Numbered from the stretch's first letter, positions 16,763 to 25,814 are shown. The stretch: 40,000 nt of DNA from Rhodococcus sp. BP22 (GCF_014281965.1 NZ_JACFTB010000006.1:140113-180112); one strand, 5' to 3'. Numbers and translations: made by a program. The notes: a model not told the origin generated them from the letters alone.

Positions 16763-17902
16763 GTGGATACTGAACCGGTGCGAATCATCGATTACAGCAT
16801 CGAGGGCGGAACGCTCTACTACCTTGATGCTACTGAGCTTCCGGAGAAGACCCAAGAACGGATTGCGTACAGGAAGAATCGTGGCCTTCCGGTCCCAATG
16901 ATTACTTCGCGTGCGACGACGCCGCAGGTCGAGAAAGCGCCAGACGCCGATATTGTAGGCATGATTGTCGCGTTCCTCGGAATGTCCGGCGTGATCGGCG
17001 GTGTGACCGGCGTAATCTTCAACGGTACCGCTGGACTTGTCCTCGGGTCTGCACTAGCAATAATCCTGGTCATTTCTGCAATCAAAGACCACCCAAACGC
17101 GCAACGTCGCCTGGCCGAACATAACCAGCGCGAGTTCACGCGTGATGACTTCAGCGCAATGCGATCCGGTACGAAGAGCCTCGACCTCCCCAGACTTCCC
17201 GACAGCGCAGGGGAGAAGACCAGCAAGAACGCACTCCAACGTCGCAGCCGCGAAGACCAGTTGCTTTACATGGTGAAACTCGCGACGATCCTCAAAAAGG
17301 CTATCGTAAACACTGAATCATGGCGGACGGCGTACCTCGACACACATCGCGGCATGTTCAGTCCGTCCGCGGACGAACGCCAATTCATCCAGCACGCGAT
17401 CAAGCTGCTTCTCGCCTACCAGAAGCTAGGCGTGGCTCCAGAGGGCAGCACCACCACAGCGTTGATGGCGGGCGAAGCGTATGAGATCGCACTCCGCCCG
17501 CTCGATCTGGTGCGAGACAATCTGATCGAGCGGATTACTGCACTCGACAGCTATCACCGCCACCTGGTTGCGCTGGACCAGGAGCTCGCCAACGCGGCGA
17601 CCGCGAAGCGAGCTCTGTCGATCGATGACGACCTTTTGGAGCTCTTCCAGAACACCGTCGGGGATGAGTTCGCCACTGCTCAGATCCAGCATCTGACGGA
17701 GAACGCGCAGGCGATGGCAGGGGCCGTGAATGAGCTCGTCGAGGCGTTGAACCGAGATTTGCACACGCTCGTCGCGCTCGCGCCCCGGGAGAAAACTCAC
17801 GCTATCGAAACGCGTCTGCAATCGACCGAACCTGAGGCCCGACCCGAGCCAGACCTAGAGGCGATGGATGATCCGCGTTGCGACCATGAACAGGCATGGT
17901 GA
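16763..17902 (+). CDS. Hypothetical 2-TM protein with a long C-terminal helical domain (379 aa)
   Basis: A hydrophobic hairpin (IVGMIVAFLGMSGVIGGVTGVIF / LVLGSALAIILVISAI) is followed by ~270 aa of helix-forming sequence. No family was recognised. Confidence 0.6.
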   Translation: MDTEPVRIIDYSIEGGTLYYLDATELPEKTQERIAYRKNRGLPVPMITSRATTPQVEKAPDADIVGMIVAFLGMSGVIGGVTGVIFNGTAGLVLGSALAIILVISAIKDHPNAQRRLAEHNQREFTRDDFSAMRSGTKSLDLPRLPDSAGEKTSKNALQRRSREDQLLYMVKLATILKKAIVNTESWRTAYLDTHRGMFSPSADERQFIQHAIKLLLAYQKLGVAPEGSTTTALMAGEAYEIALRPLDLVRDNLIERITALDSYHRHLVALDQELANAATAKRALSIDDDLLELFQNTVGDEFATAQIQHLTENAQAMAGAVNELVEALNRDLHTLVALAPREKTHAIETRLQSTEPEARPEPDLEAMDDPRCDHEQAW

Positions 17903-18083
17903 ACGGCACATCTGGGAAGTCCAGCCTGATGGCTACTGGGTGCTGATGGCTACTGGGTGCTGGTGGAGAGAGGTGGCAGGCACCGCGGCGATGTCTCTGG
18001 ACGATCTAGTTCGCGGAGGAGCAAACCGAGTTGGAGTCGTAGGGATAGCCGATGGTCGAGTGAAGCTGCGGTCCTCGCTGTAA
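17868..18083 (+). CDS. Small hypothetical protein (71 aa) containing a 17-bp tandem duplication
   Basis: It overlaps the end of the upstream gene by 35 nt. It is protein-like both before and after the repeat (HIWEVQPDGYWVL / EVAGTAAMSLDDLVRGGANRVGVVGIADGRV). The start could also be ATG 17886. Confidence 0.4.
   Translation: MIRVATMNRHGERHIWEVQPDGYWVLMATGCWWREVAGTAAMSLDDLVRGGANRVGVVGIADGRVKLRSSL
17926..17959. repeat. Perfect tandem duplication of a 17-mer (ctgatggctactgggtg x2, plus ctg of a third unit)
   Basis: Read directly from the sequence. 17926-17942 is identical to 17943-17959, and 17960-17962 repeats the first 3 nt. Confidence 0.95.
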
Positions 18084-18174
18084 CACGGCGATCGAATGCT
18101 CAGATAGATCAGTGGCATCCTGCCGGTTCTCAAGCAATTGGGATCGCTCCAGCTTCTGTTGAGATCGGAATATT

Positions 18175-19059
18175 ATGACTCCCACCGCTTTAGGTCTGTC
18201 TGAGAAGAGAGCAGCCATCTGGCAGTCGACGGTGGAGAGCTACTGGCAGAGTGAGCCCCTCGTGGCTATAGCCCTCACCAAGCACGCCCAAAAAGGGCGT
18301 CTCGCACTCATTCTGACCGATCAGCGTGTGTTGATCTACTACGTCGATCCAGCCACCATGCTCCCATCTCAGACCACCTACGCGGTCATCTTGAACTCCG
18401 GGATCAGGGAGCTGAATCTCCGGAAGCGCACGCTCGCACTCAACGGCCACCAGCTCAAGTTCAAGCGTCAGGGCTCCGCGGCAACCGCCGCCTCACTTCT
18501 GTCGGATCTCTCGGGGACGTCAGTTGAACATGGCGAGCCGACGTCCATCGCCAAAGTGACAGCTAAGTTGCCGCGCGCGGCAAAGGCACGGAAGGGATTA
18601 GTCGCCGGGTTAGCCATCGCCGTTGTCGCAGTCGCCGTCACAGTGGGCTTTCTCGTTGTCGATGGGCCTGATAGCTCGACCGCAGACCTCGCCGACTCCG
18701 TTATCGAATCGACAAGCACAGCCGCAGTGACGACCACTTCACCCACACCGCCCGCTCCAGTTGAGACGCCCGCAACCAGACAGCCGTCGTCGTCGTCGAA
18801 TGCGAACGCCGAATTCCTCTCCCGGGTTACAGATATCGACATCTTCATCGAAGGTTCCGACAAGCTGAAGATCGGCAGAGTGCTCTGCAGTTCGCTGGAA
18901 CGGGGAGACTCAACGCGGTCAGTAGTGGTCCAGATGCAGAACGCGGAGTATCAGCCAGACGAGATCGGCAGCTACCTCGGAGCAGCGACTTCAACACTGT
19001 GCCCGTCGTTCTACTCAAGTGTCGAGAGAGACCTCAATTCATTTTTGCCGGGCAATTGA
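18175..19059 (+). CDS. PH-like (bPH/YokE-type) - TM - DUF732-like protein (294 aa)
   Basis: The N-terminal KGRLALILTDQRVLIYYV... resembles bacterial PH-domain proteins. It is followed by a TM helix (LVAGLAIAVVAVAVTVGFLVV), a Thr/Pro/Ser linker, and a C-terminal FLSRV...IGRVLCSSLERG...YLGAATSTLCPSFY two-Cys DUF732-like module. Confidence 0.6.
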   Translation: MTPTALGLSEKRAAIWQSTVESYWQSEPLVAIALTKHAQKGRLALILTDQRVLIYYVDPATMLPSQTTYAVILNSGIRELNLRKRTLALNGHQLKFKRQGSAATAASLLSDLSGTSVEHGEPTSIAKVTAKLPRAAKARKGLVAGLAIAVVAVAVTVGFLVVDGPDSSTADLADSVIESTSTAAVTTTSPTPPAPVETPATRQPSSSSNANAEFLSRVTDIDIFIEGSDKLKIGRVLCSSLERGDSTRSVVVQMQNAEYQPDEIGSYLGAATSTLCPSFYSSVERDLNSFLPGN

Positions 19060-19154
19060 GCCCATACCCGTAGAGATACCAACTGACATCCTCAGCACAT
19101 GTCTGCGAGAACACTTCGGATAGCCTCCGCTGAACCATTGAAGAAGGAGCTCAA

Positions 19155-20231
19155 GTGCATTCCGACAGTCTGGACCCGCTCGACGCCCTCGCTGCGCACC
19201 CGCTCTACCAGCTCTCCACAGCCGGCCAAGAGCTGTTCCACACCAACATGCTGTACTGGCTGATCAAGGAACACCCCACCGCAGCTGCTCCAGTCCTTAA
19301 GCTGTTCGGCCTGTCGACGGCACCTGAGCGTACGACTTCCGTATCGAGGGAGTGGCAACACTTCGATCTATTCGTTGACAATGGGGTCGGCCAGGTCGTC
19401 CTTGAGAACAAACTCCACGCATTTCCTGACATCGCGCAGCTCGAACGGTATCGAGCCGATCTGCCTCTGCCATACCAGTCGGGGACGGCCAAGTTTGTGC
19501 TGCTGTCGATCATCGAGCCGCTCTTCACGATGCCTGAACCGTGGACCCATATCGGTTACCAACAGCTTATCGGCCCGATCGAGGACACATCCGCTGCACT
19601 TCGGCCAGCGAGTGTCTTCGGCGCAGCTCTGCTTGACGAGTATGTGGGCCTGCTCCGACTCCTCCTTCGGTTCCGGGCCGATATCGAGTCACGCACCTCC
19701 TCAGACCAACCGGTCCTGCTCGATAAAGCAACACGGACACGGTACCAAGAAGGACGGGTACTGTCGCTCGTCGAGAAGTACAGGATCAGCGCGCTCTCCA
19801 GGATGATTCAACTCGAAGTCGGCCAGAAGGAGATCGGACTCGGGCTGACTAACACCCATGCGATTGCTGGCTATTTCGTGACCACATCGGACGGCCACGC
19901 TGTTGGATGGCAGTACCAGGCAGGGAAGCTGCGCCTCGCGATACAGCTCGACGTCGACTCCCCCGAGCAGTGGCGGGGCAAGGTCAATGAGCGCGAGGCC
20001 GCCGCGGACGCCATCGGTGCGAAGATCTTCGACAATGATGAATTACGAGCTCTCACAGTGGCTCTCACTCCGTACGGTGGCAAGCGGAACTGGTTGGTCT
20101 TCCAGCCTAACTTTCTCTACAAGTACAGCTCGGTCACCGAAAACACCACTTACAGCGAACTGGCCGAGATCTGCATTGCCCTGATTCGCTACCTCGATGG
20201 CACGGTTCCGGGAACTCAATCGGAGACCTGA
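19155..20231 (+). CDS. PD-(D/E)XK-superfamily nuclease-like protein (358 aa)
   Basis: GTG start preceded by GAAGGAG. The core is E26 (QELFHTNMLYWL helix), D71 (HFDLFV) and E84-N-K86 (VVLENKLHA), which together form the E...D...ExK restriction-endonuclease-like motif set. Confidence 0.65.
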   Translation: MHSDSLDPLDALAAHPLYQLSTAGQELFHTNMLYWLIKEHPTAAAPVLKLFGLSTAPERTTSVSREWQHFDLFVDNGVGQVVLENKLHAFPDIAQLERYRADLPLPYQSGTAKFVLLSIIEPLFTMPEPWTHIGYQQLIGPIEDTSAALRPASVFGAALLDEYVGLLRLLLRFRADIESRTSSDQPVLLDKATRTRYQEGRVLSLVEKYRISALSRMIQLEVGQKEIGLGLTNTHAIAGYFVTTSDGHAVGWQYQAGKLRLAIQLDVDSPEQWRGKVNEREAAADAIGAKIFDNDELRALTVALTPYGGKRNWLVFQPNFLYKYSSVTENTTYSELAEICIALIRYLDGTVPGTQSET

Positions 20232-20672
20232 CGTAGGGGACAATGGGCTACCACAACCGGTTAGACCCATAGATGGAGCCCGAGAGGAAAGCTTTCACAA
20301 TGCAAGGGATAAAGGTCAATTTGGGAAGGCGTCGAGCTGGAGCCAATGGATGCCCCCGCACACCTCGGACTGGCCCGAATCCCGACAGTGACTAGCCGGC
20401 ACGCGGAGCCGGTCTGACTCCTGGTCGACTCGAAGGTATATACGATCGTACGCGACTAGATCAGGGGCACAATGTGTTTGGACAATCCGATGCGAGTCCG
20501 ACAGTCGGCGAAGAGTTGCTGGGTCTTGCGAGATGCCGACGAACTGCGTGCCGATGACGACGGACAGCAAGCCGAGCAGTATTGGAGCATACGAATTGCT
20601 CGACCTAGCCGCAGATGTTCCCGGACAAGTGTGAACTCTTCTTCAGAGACCGGATCTCATCTCGGCGATAAC

Positions 20673-20696
20673 GACTCTGACTCTGACTCTGACTCT
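20673..20696. repeat. Hexanucleotide microsatellite (GACTCT)x4
   Basis: Read directly from the sequence, in a stretch without a convincing gene. Confidence 0.95.
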
Positions 20697-21103
20697 AGGA
20701 GAGGCTATCTCCACGATCGGGAAGAAGATGCGGCGTGAGACTCGCACCATCACGAAAGCCCGACTCTCCGGCGACCTGATCGCTCCCCCCTCACAACGGC
20801 GGGCACCTTTACCCAAGTTTCCAGTTCGACACCGAACAGCAGTTGGTCTGCCCGGTCGCGGCGCATGCAAACCGGAAGCTGCGCGCCGGAGACGATCCGT
20901 GGGAGGCGCTGTACTGGTGGACCTCCGAATACAGAGGGGCCCAATCCGGCGTCCCGGCTGAACCGCGATGCACTCACCGAAGGCGCGATCAACCTGATGC
21001 TCGCAACGCGAACAGCGACGGGCTGACTTTCGTCAGAACCTCGATCCGGCCATTCCAGCACACTTGTCAGTGGTGAGTCGTAGTCTCAAAATTATCCACC
21101 GGG

Positions 21104-22030
21104 ATGAGAGCGAGGCTCACCATGGGAACAGACATTTCTCCCGATCCAGCCATGATTAGGAGTCGCTGGATCTGCGCTAAACACGGAGTCCCGATCAAGT
21201 TTCTCGAAGGAAGTCTCAACTCAGCGGTGGGAGCGCTCGGAACATCACCGAATATTGCGCTGCGGGGTGCGATCATCCACGGTTTCACAGGTGCGTCACC
21301 GTTCTGCTCCCATTGTGGCGATGACCTCTACCTGATCTCAACCGGTGACTCCGTCGACTTCCTCGTGATCTGCAAGACCTGTAGAGAACCGCGCGCCGCG
21401 ACCGAGCACAAGCCGGTCGGTGCGAATCCGACTGCATCCGCTGGGAACCCAGAGATGTACGACCCTCGCACCTACGCTGACTCCCACCTTCTCGACAGCC
21501 CGATCTCAGAACTGCCGATCTGGGTGGCTGGACTGACTCCGAATTGCAGCGCGCCCCACACCCTCGCAAGCTGTGACTGTCCCCATCTCCAGATACCAAT
21601 CAGGACAACAAGTCAGCACGGGCTCTGCCAGCTGAGCAGTCCACAGATCCTCGCATACGCATACACGCTCCGGGACAATGTCACTCACATCTCGGTGATC
21701 AATGACCGCCACTCCACCGCATCTGAGATTTACGAGACGAAGAAGTTTGCTGGGATCGAGTATTCGCTGTCCGAGATCGTCTTCCCGGTGATCACCACCG
21801 AGCAAGTCATCAGCCGACTGATCAGCCGGCTGTGCCGGATCCGGGTGTCAGTAGAAGATCGCCGGTCGATCGTCGCCGTAATTGAGGCGATGGGACGCCG
21901 CGCAGATATTCTTCCTCACCTTGATGGCGGAAGATGGATCCGAAATGCCGTACGAGAATGTAACGCGGCGAATCCTGAGTGCGTGAGAGTTCTCTCTACA
22001 TCTTTGGGCAGTGACTCAGAGCAATCGTGA
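21104..22030 (+). CDS. Cys-rich hypothetical protein with a zinc-ribbon (308 aa)
   Basis: CSHCGDDL-x17-CKTC gives a CxxC...CxxC arrangement, followed by further Cys/His and a helical C-terminus. The start is ambiguous: ATG 21104, or ATG 21122 with an upstream GAGG. Confidence 0.55.
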   Translation: MRARLTMGTDISPDPAMIRSRWICAKHGVPIKFLEGSLNSAVGALGTSPNIALRGAIIHGFTGASPFCSHCGDDLYLISTGDSVDFLVICKTCREPRAATEHKPVGANPTASAGNPEMYDPRTYADSHLLDSPISELPIWVAGLTPNCSAPHTLASCDCPHLQIPIRTTSQHGLCQLSSPQILAYAYTLRDNVTHISVINDRHSTASEIYETKKFAGIEYSLSEIVFPVITTEQVISRLISRLCRIRVSVEDRRSIVAVIEAMGRRADILPHLDGGRWIRNAVRECNAANPECVRVLSTSLGSDSEQS

Positions 22031-22439
22031 TAAGCAAATCCGATGACGACAGAGAAGTTGACTGCGAAACATCTCGGCGACCACCAGTCGCTTCAGAACC
22101 AGCTGAGTCGGTGTACGAGACTTCACCGCTCGACAAGACATACACGGACGAGGTCGCGGACGACAGAACCGGACACATCGCGTAGGGCCCCTGGCACAAT
22201 CCTGAGGTTTATCCCGACAAAGATCTTCGTTAGACATGCCAGCTGGACGCCATTCGTGACGCCCCGAACGACGGAAGCTGCAGCGATACTCGATCGCGAC
22301 TATCTCGACGCAGGTGCGGACCTCAACCGCAGAGGGACGCACTCAGTCGCGTTTCTCCCAGAATGTTCGCGGCTGGTCCTTTCGCCACGATAAAGCCGAG
22401 TTTCATGCCTGGACGCCGCTTAGTTGGCACACTGTGGTG

Positions 22440-24203
22440 ATGACTCGAACCAGTCCCACACTCGCCAGGGCCGGATCAATCTTGGTCGAGAAGACCGCCG
22501 CTCAAATCCTCCAGCAATGTCTGATCGAGGACGGCTCTATCCTGACACCCGATCGCGGAGTGTGGACCTTGAAGAACTTGGAGGAACTCCACCGCGACTA
22601 CGTCGACGCACCAGACATGTCAGCTGGAACCTTCGGTGAGAAGTTAGTCGGCCAGCTGTCGAACACCTCGGATCCCGCCCGACAACTGTTCGCCGAGCTC
22701 TATATCCTGAACGTGCTCCCCCTCGACAACTTCAAGCAGAAGACCAAGCTCGGCTATATCAACGGAGTACTCGATGGACTCCACCAACCAGTCGAACTTC
22801 CCGCGGCCATCGCTGATGCGTTCAGCGGCGGCGTCTTCAATGGCGGCAGAGCGTCCAGCAGCAGACGTTGGGCGCAACTCTCATTTCTGGTGGATTTCGC
22901 CGAGTACTTCAAGTCACGGCCTGTAGAAACCCGGAGAGAAGCGGCGAACAAGCCCGAAATGATGAGGCGACTCGTCCTCGACTCACCTGGCCACCGCGAA
23001 CCCGCCCAGCGGCACGCGCTCATGTACATGTTCCACCCCGAGTACTTCCTCCCGATTGTCAGCAGCGACCAGCGACAGTTGCTCCGCGACAAGCTTGCGC
23101 CGGACTACCTTCCGAGTGGTGCGAGCGACGACCTCGACGCTGATCTTCGCGCGATCGATGACGCCGTTGTCGCCGAGAACGGCGGTGCTGTGGACTATTA
23201 CAAAGAACCATGGAGAGCTCGCTGGAATCCGAAGGTGAAAAAGGACGCGAAGAGCGGCGCTACCACCGAGGGGACAGCAGAGGAAGAAATCGAAGAAGAC
23301 GACGTCCCCGAGGCGAAGCCATACTCTGTCGCAGACATCGTCTCGGACGGCGCGTTCCACCCTGCAGACCGTCTCCAGCAGATCCTGAAGCGGTGGGAGA
23401 AGAAGAAGAACCTGGTTCTTCAAGGTGCGCCCGGTACTGGGAAGACGTGGCTGGCGAAGCGGCTCGCCTACGCGCTGATCGGTTCCGCCAGCCCGGAAGC
23501 GGTTCGGGCCGTCCAGTTCCACCCGAACACGTCTTACGAGGACTTCGTCCGAGGCTGGCGACCGACCGCCGGCTCCGACGGTGCTGGCCAACTAGTGCTC
23601 AACGACGGTCCGCTCCTCCGACACGCGGAACAGGCTCGGCTCCAGCCGGACATCCCACATGTGATCGTGATAGAGGAGATCAACCGAGGCAACCCCGCCC
23701 AGGCATTCGGTGGGGTGTTGACTCTGATCGAGAGCACGAAACGGAGCCCGAAAGACGCTCTCACTCTCGCTTATCCGGGTTCAGAGACAGAGCAGTACTA
23801 CCTCCCAGAGAACCTGTTCATCATCGGGACTATGAACATCGCCGATCGGTCGTTGGCGCTGGTCGACTTCGCACTCCGCCGACGGTTCTGCTTCGAGACC
23901 CTCGAACCCGCCTTCACCGCGCAGTGGGCGGATCTGTTGAATAAGCGCCTCCCGAACAACCCTGATCTCGTGACCAACATCAAGACCAAGATCGGATCAT
24001 TGAACGCACAGATCTCCGACGATTCAGCGCTGGGGACCGCGTTCCAGATCGGGCACAGTTTCCTCACACCTGCCGAGACGGAATCGAACGGCGTCGAATG
24101 GTTCCGAGGAGTGGTGGAGAGCGAGATCGCGCCACTCCTCGCCGAGTACTGGTTCGACAGCTCTGACACCGCAGACGCGGCGGTCTCGGCTCTCCTCGCA
24201 TGA
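22440..24203 (+). CDS. mcrB: McrB-family AAA+ GTPase of a type IV (modification-dependent) restriction system, with a ~330-aa unrecognised N-terminal domain
   Basis: The McrB signatures are LVLQGAPGTGKTWLAKRLA (Walker A), FHPNTSYEDFVRGWRP, VIVIEEINRGNPAQAFG and IIGTMNIADRSLALVDFALRRRFCF. The start is set at ATG 22440 because the upstream part of the track ORF is not protein-like. Confidence 0.85.
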   Translation: MTRTSPTLARAGSILVEKTAAQILQQCLIEDGSILTPDRGVWTLKNLEELHRDYVDAPDMSAGTFGEKLVGQLSNTSDPARQLFAELYILNVLPLDNFKQKTKLGYINGVLDGLHQPVELPAAIADAFSGGVFNGGRASSSRRWAQLSFLVDFAEYFKSRPVETRREAANKPEMMRRLVLDSPGHREPAQRHALMYMFHPEYFLPIVSSDQRQLLRDKLAPDYLPSGASDDLDADLRAIDDAVVAENGGAVDYYKEPWRARWNPKVKKDAKSGATTEGTAEEEIEEDDVPEAKPYSVADIVSDGAFHPADRLQQILKRWEKKKNLVLQGAPGTGKTWLAKRLAYALIGSASPEAVRAVQFHPNTSYEDFVRGWRPTAGSDGAGQLVLNDGPLLRHAEQARLQPDIPHVIVIEEINRGNPAQAFGGVLTLIESTKRSPKDALTLAYPGSETEQYYLPENLFIIGTMNIADRSLALVDFALRRRFCFETLEPAFTAQWADLLNKRLPNNPDLVTNIKTKIGSLNAQISDDSALGTAFQIGHSFLTPAETESNGVEWFRGVVESEIAPLLAEYWFDSSDTADAAVSALLA

Positions 24204-25288
24204 TCACCGTCGGGCAGGGCAAGACGCGGATCCCCGTGAGGAGCCTCTGGCTGCTGTTGATCTATGCATCCGACATGCTCAAGGACCTCCGGAGTGACGA
24301 GCGCGAGGCACTTCTCGCAGGGGCTCGGGACGCGGACCTCGCCGATGCGATCACGGAGGTACTCGTGGGCGAGGTCGAACGTCGACTCCGCCACAACCTC
24401 ACTCTGAGCTATCGGGCACGCGCCGATGACCTCACCCGGGTGAGAGGGAGGATTGACCATCTACGAACGAGCTCCGCGCGGCTGATGGAGAGAGGCCAGG
24501 TTGCTTGCCGGTTCGAGGAACTCACGGCAGACACGGTGCGAAATCAGTACGTCTGCCGGGCGTTGCGCTGGGCAAGCCGAACCGTGGTGTCGAAGCCACT
24601 CGCATCACGTTGCCGGACCGCGGCTTTCCGAATGGAACGGCTCGGAGTAACCGACCGTGCCCCGACACGATCGGAGATGTCCCGCGACCGGCTCAGCCAC
24701 CACGACGCCGCAGATCGGCGAATGCTGGACGCCGCGAAACTGGTCCACGACATGGCGCTGCCCGTTCACTCTGCCGGCAACCGGCTGCTGCCGATGATCG
24801 CCGACGACAACGACCGGTTGAGGAAACTCTTCGAGAACGCTGTCCACGGATTCTTCTCCTACAGCCTGTACTCCGTCGGGTGGAGAGTGTCGAGCCCGAC
24901 CCTCAAGTGGAAAGCCGCTGGGGATTCTGGCTCCCTTGATCTCCTCCAACGTATGGAGACGGACAGCGTCCTCGAACACCGCGCGACCGGTCGGCGGATC
25001 GTGGTGGAGTCTAAGTTCACTAACGCAGTCGGCCTGAACAGATCCGGAACCATCAAGATCAACCGCGACTACATGTTTCAGCTGTACGCGTATCTGATGT
25101 CGCAGACAGGCTCAGGCGATCCAGCCGCGGACAGCGCCGAAGGAGTCCTTCTATTCGCGCTCACCGAAGGACAGTCACCGGTGGAGAGCGAGGTGGAGAT
25201 CCAGTCGCACCGTGTGAGAGTACTGTCCATCGATCTCTCCGGCACTCCAACCGAAATTCGTGAGCAGTGGCTGCGATGCGTGGACTGA
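24200..25288 (+). CDS. mcrC: McrC-like nuclease subunit
   Basis: 362 aa, joined to mcrB by an ATGA overlap. The N-terminus IPVRSLWLLLIYASD is typical of McrC. The C-terminal METDSVLEH...RRIVVESKFT provides a D...E-x-K nuclease motif. Confidence 0.8.
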   Translation: MITVGQGKTRIPVRSLWLLLIYASDMLKDLRSDEREALLAGARDADLADAITEVLVGEVERRLRHNLTLSYRARADDLTRVRGRIDHLRTSSARLMERGQVACRFEELTADTVRNQYVCRALRWASRTVVSKPLASRCRTAAFRMERLGVTDRAPTRSEMSRDRLSHHDAADRRMLDAAKLVHDMALPVHSAGNRLLPMIADDNDRLRKLFENAVHGFFSYSLYSVGWRVSSPTLKWKAAGDSGSLDLLQRMETDSVLEHRATGRRIVVESKFTNAVGLNRSGTIKINRDYMFQLYAYLMSQTGSGDPAADSAEGVLLFALTEGQSPVESEVEIQSHRVRVLSIDLSGTPTEIREQWLRCVD

Positions 25289-25528
25289 CAGAACACAATC
25301 GCGTCGACGCTGTCCCCCAATCGGAGGACTGAGTCCATGGACAAAGTGCTGGATTTAAGATTTCGCGAACAGCGGCACGCCGCGCTGGCATTACTGACCA
25401 GCTCGAAGCTGGGAGGTGGATCCGGCGGAGTGCTCGGAAATGCGGAACATCGAACCGATCCTGCAGCTTCGTGCCAGGAGCTTGGACGACCCCGGAGTCG
25501 CTGAAAGCCTGACAGACCGGTTGGCAGT

Positions 25529-25577
25529 TGTCGATGTCGGCCAGTGTGGTGGACGACCGGGCTGGCCGACATCGACA
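25529..25577. terminator. Perfect 16-bp stem / 17-nt loop hairpin between convergent mcrC and the ART-like gene
   Basis: tgtcgatgtcggccag (25529-25544) pairs base-for-base with ctggccgacatcgaca (25562-25577). There is no U-tract, which is common for actinobacterial terminators. Confidence 0.45.
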
Positions 25578-25814
25578 TTCTCAGCGCCTCAGAATGATTG
25601 GAGAGCTGACAGCAAACTGCCAGTCTCCGACACAGAGCAACCCATAGCGGTAGCGCCGCAAGTCATCTTGGTTCGCCGCCATAGAGCTCGGTGGCGGTGA
25701 CGACGTAGCGAACGCCATACTCACCTACAGCGTCGGCTACTCTCTGCGCTGCGCAGACCGTGCAGCCGGCTTTGCTGTATCTATAGACAGATCGTTCGGG
25801 TATCAACATTGCCC

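Noticed and set aside
20820-21076. A possible decayed Xre/DUF2384-type antitoxin (...DPWEALYWWTSE... then ...LTEGAINLMLATRTATG) paired with the following 308-aa gene as a RES-like toxin.
   Set aside because: The resemblance rests on a few residues and needs a frameshift. The downstream protein shows no R-E-S motif pattern. The evidence is insufficient to call it.
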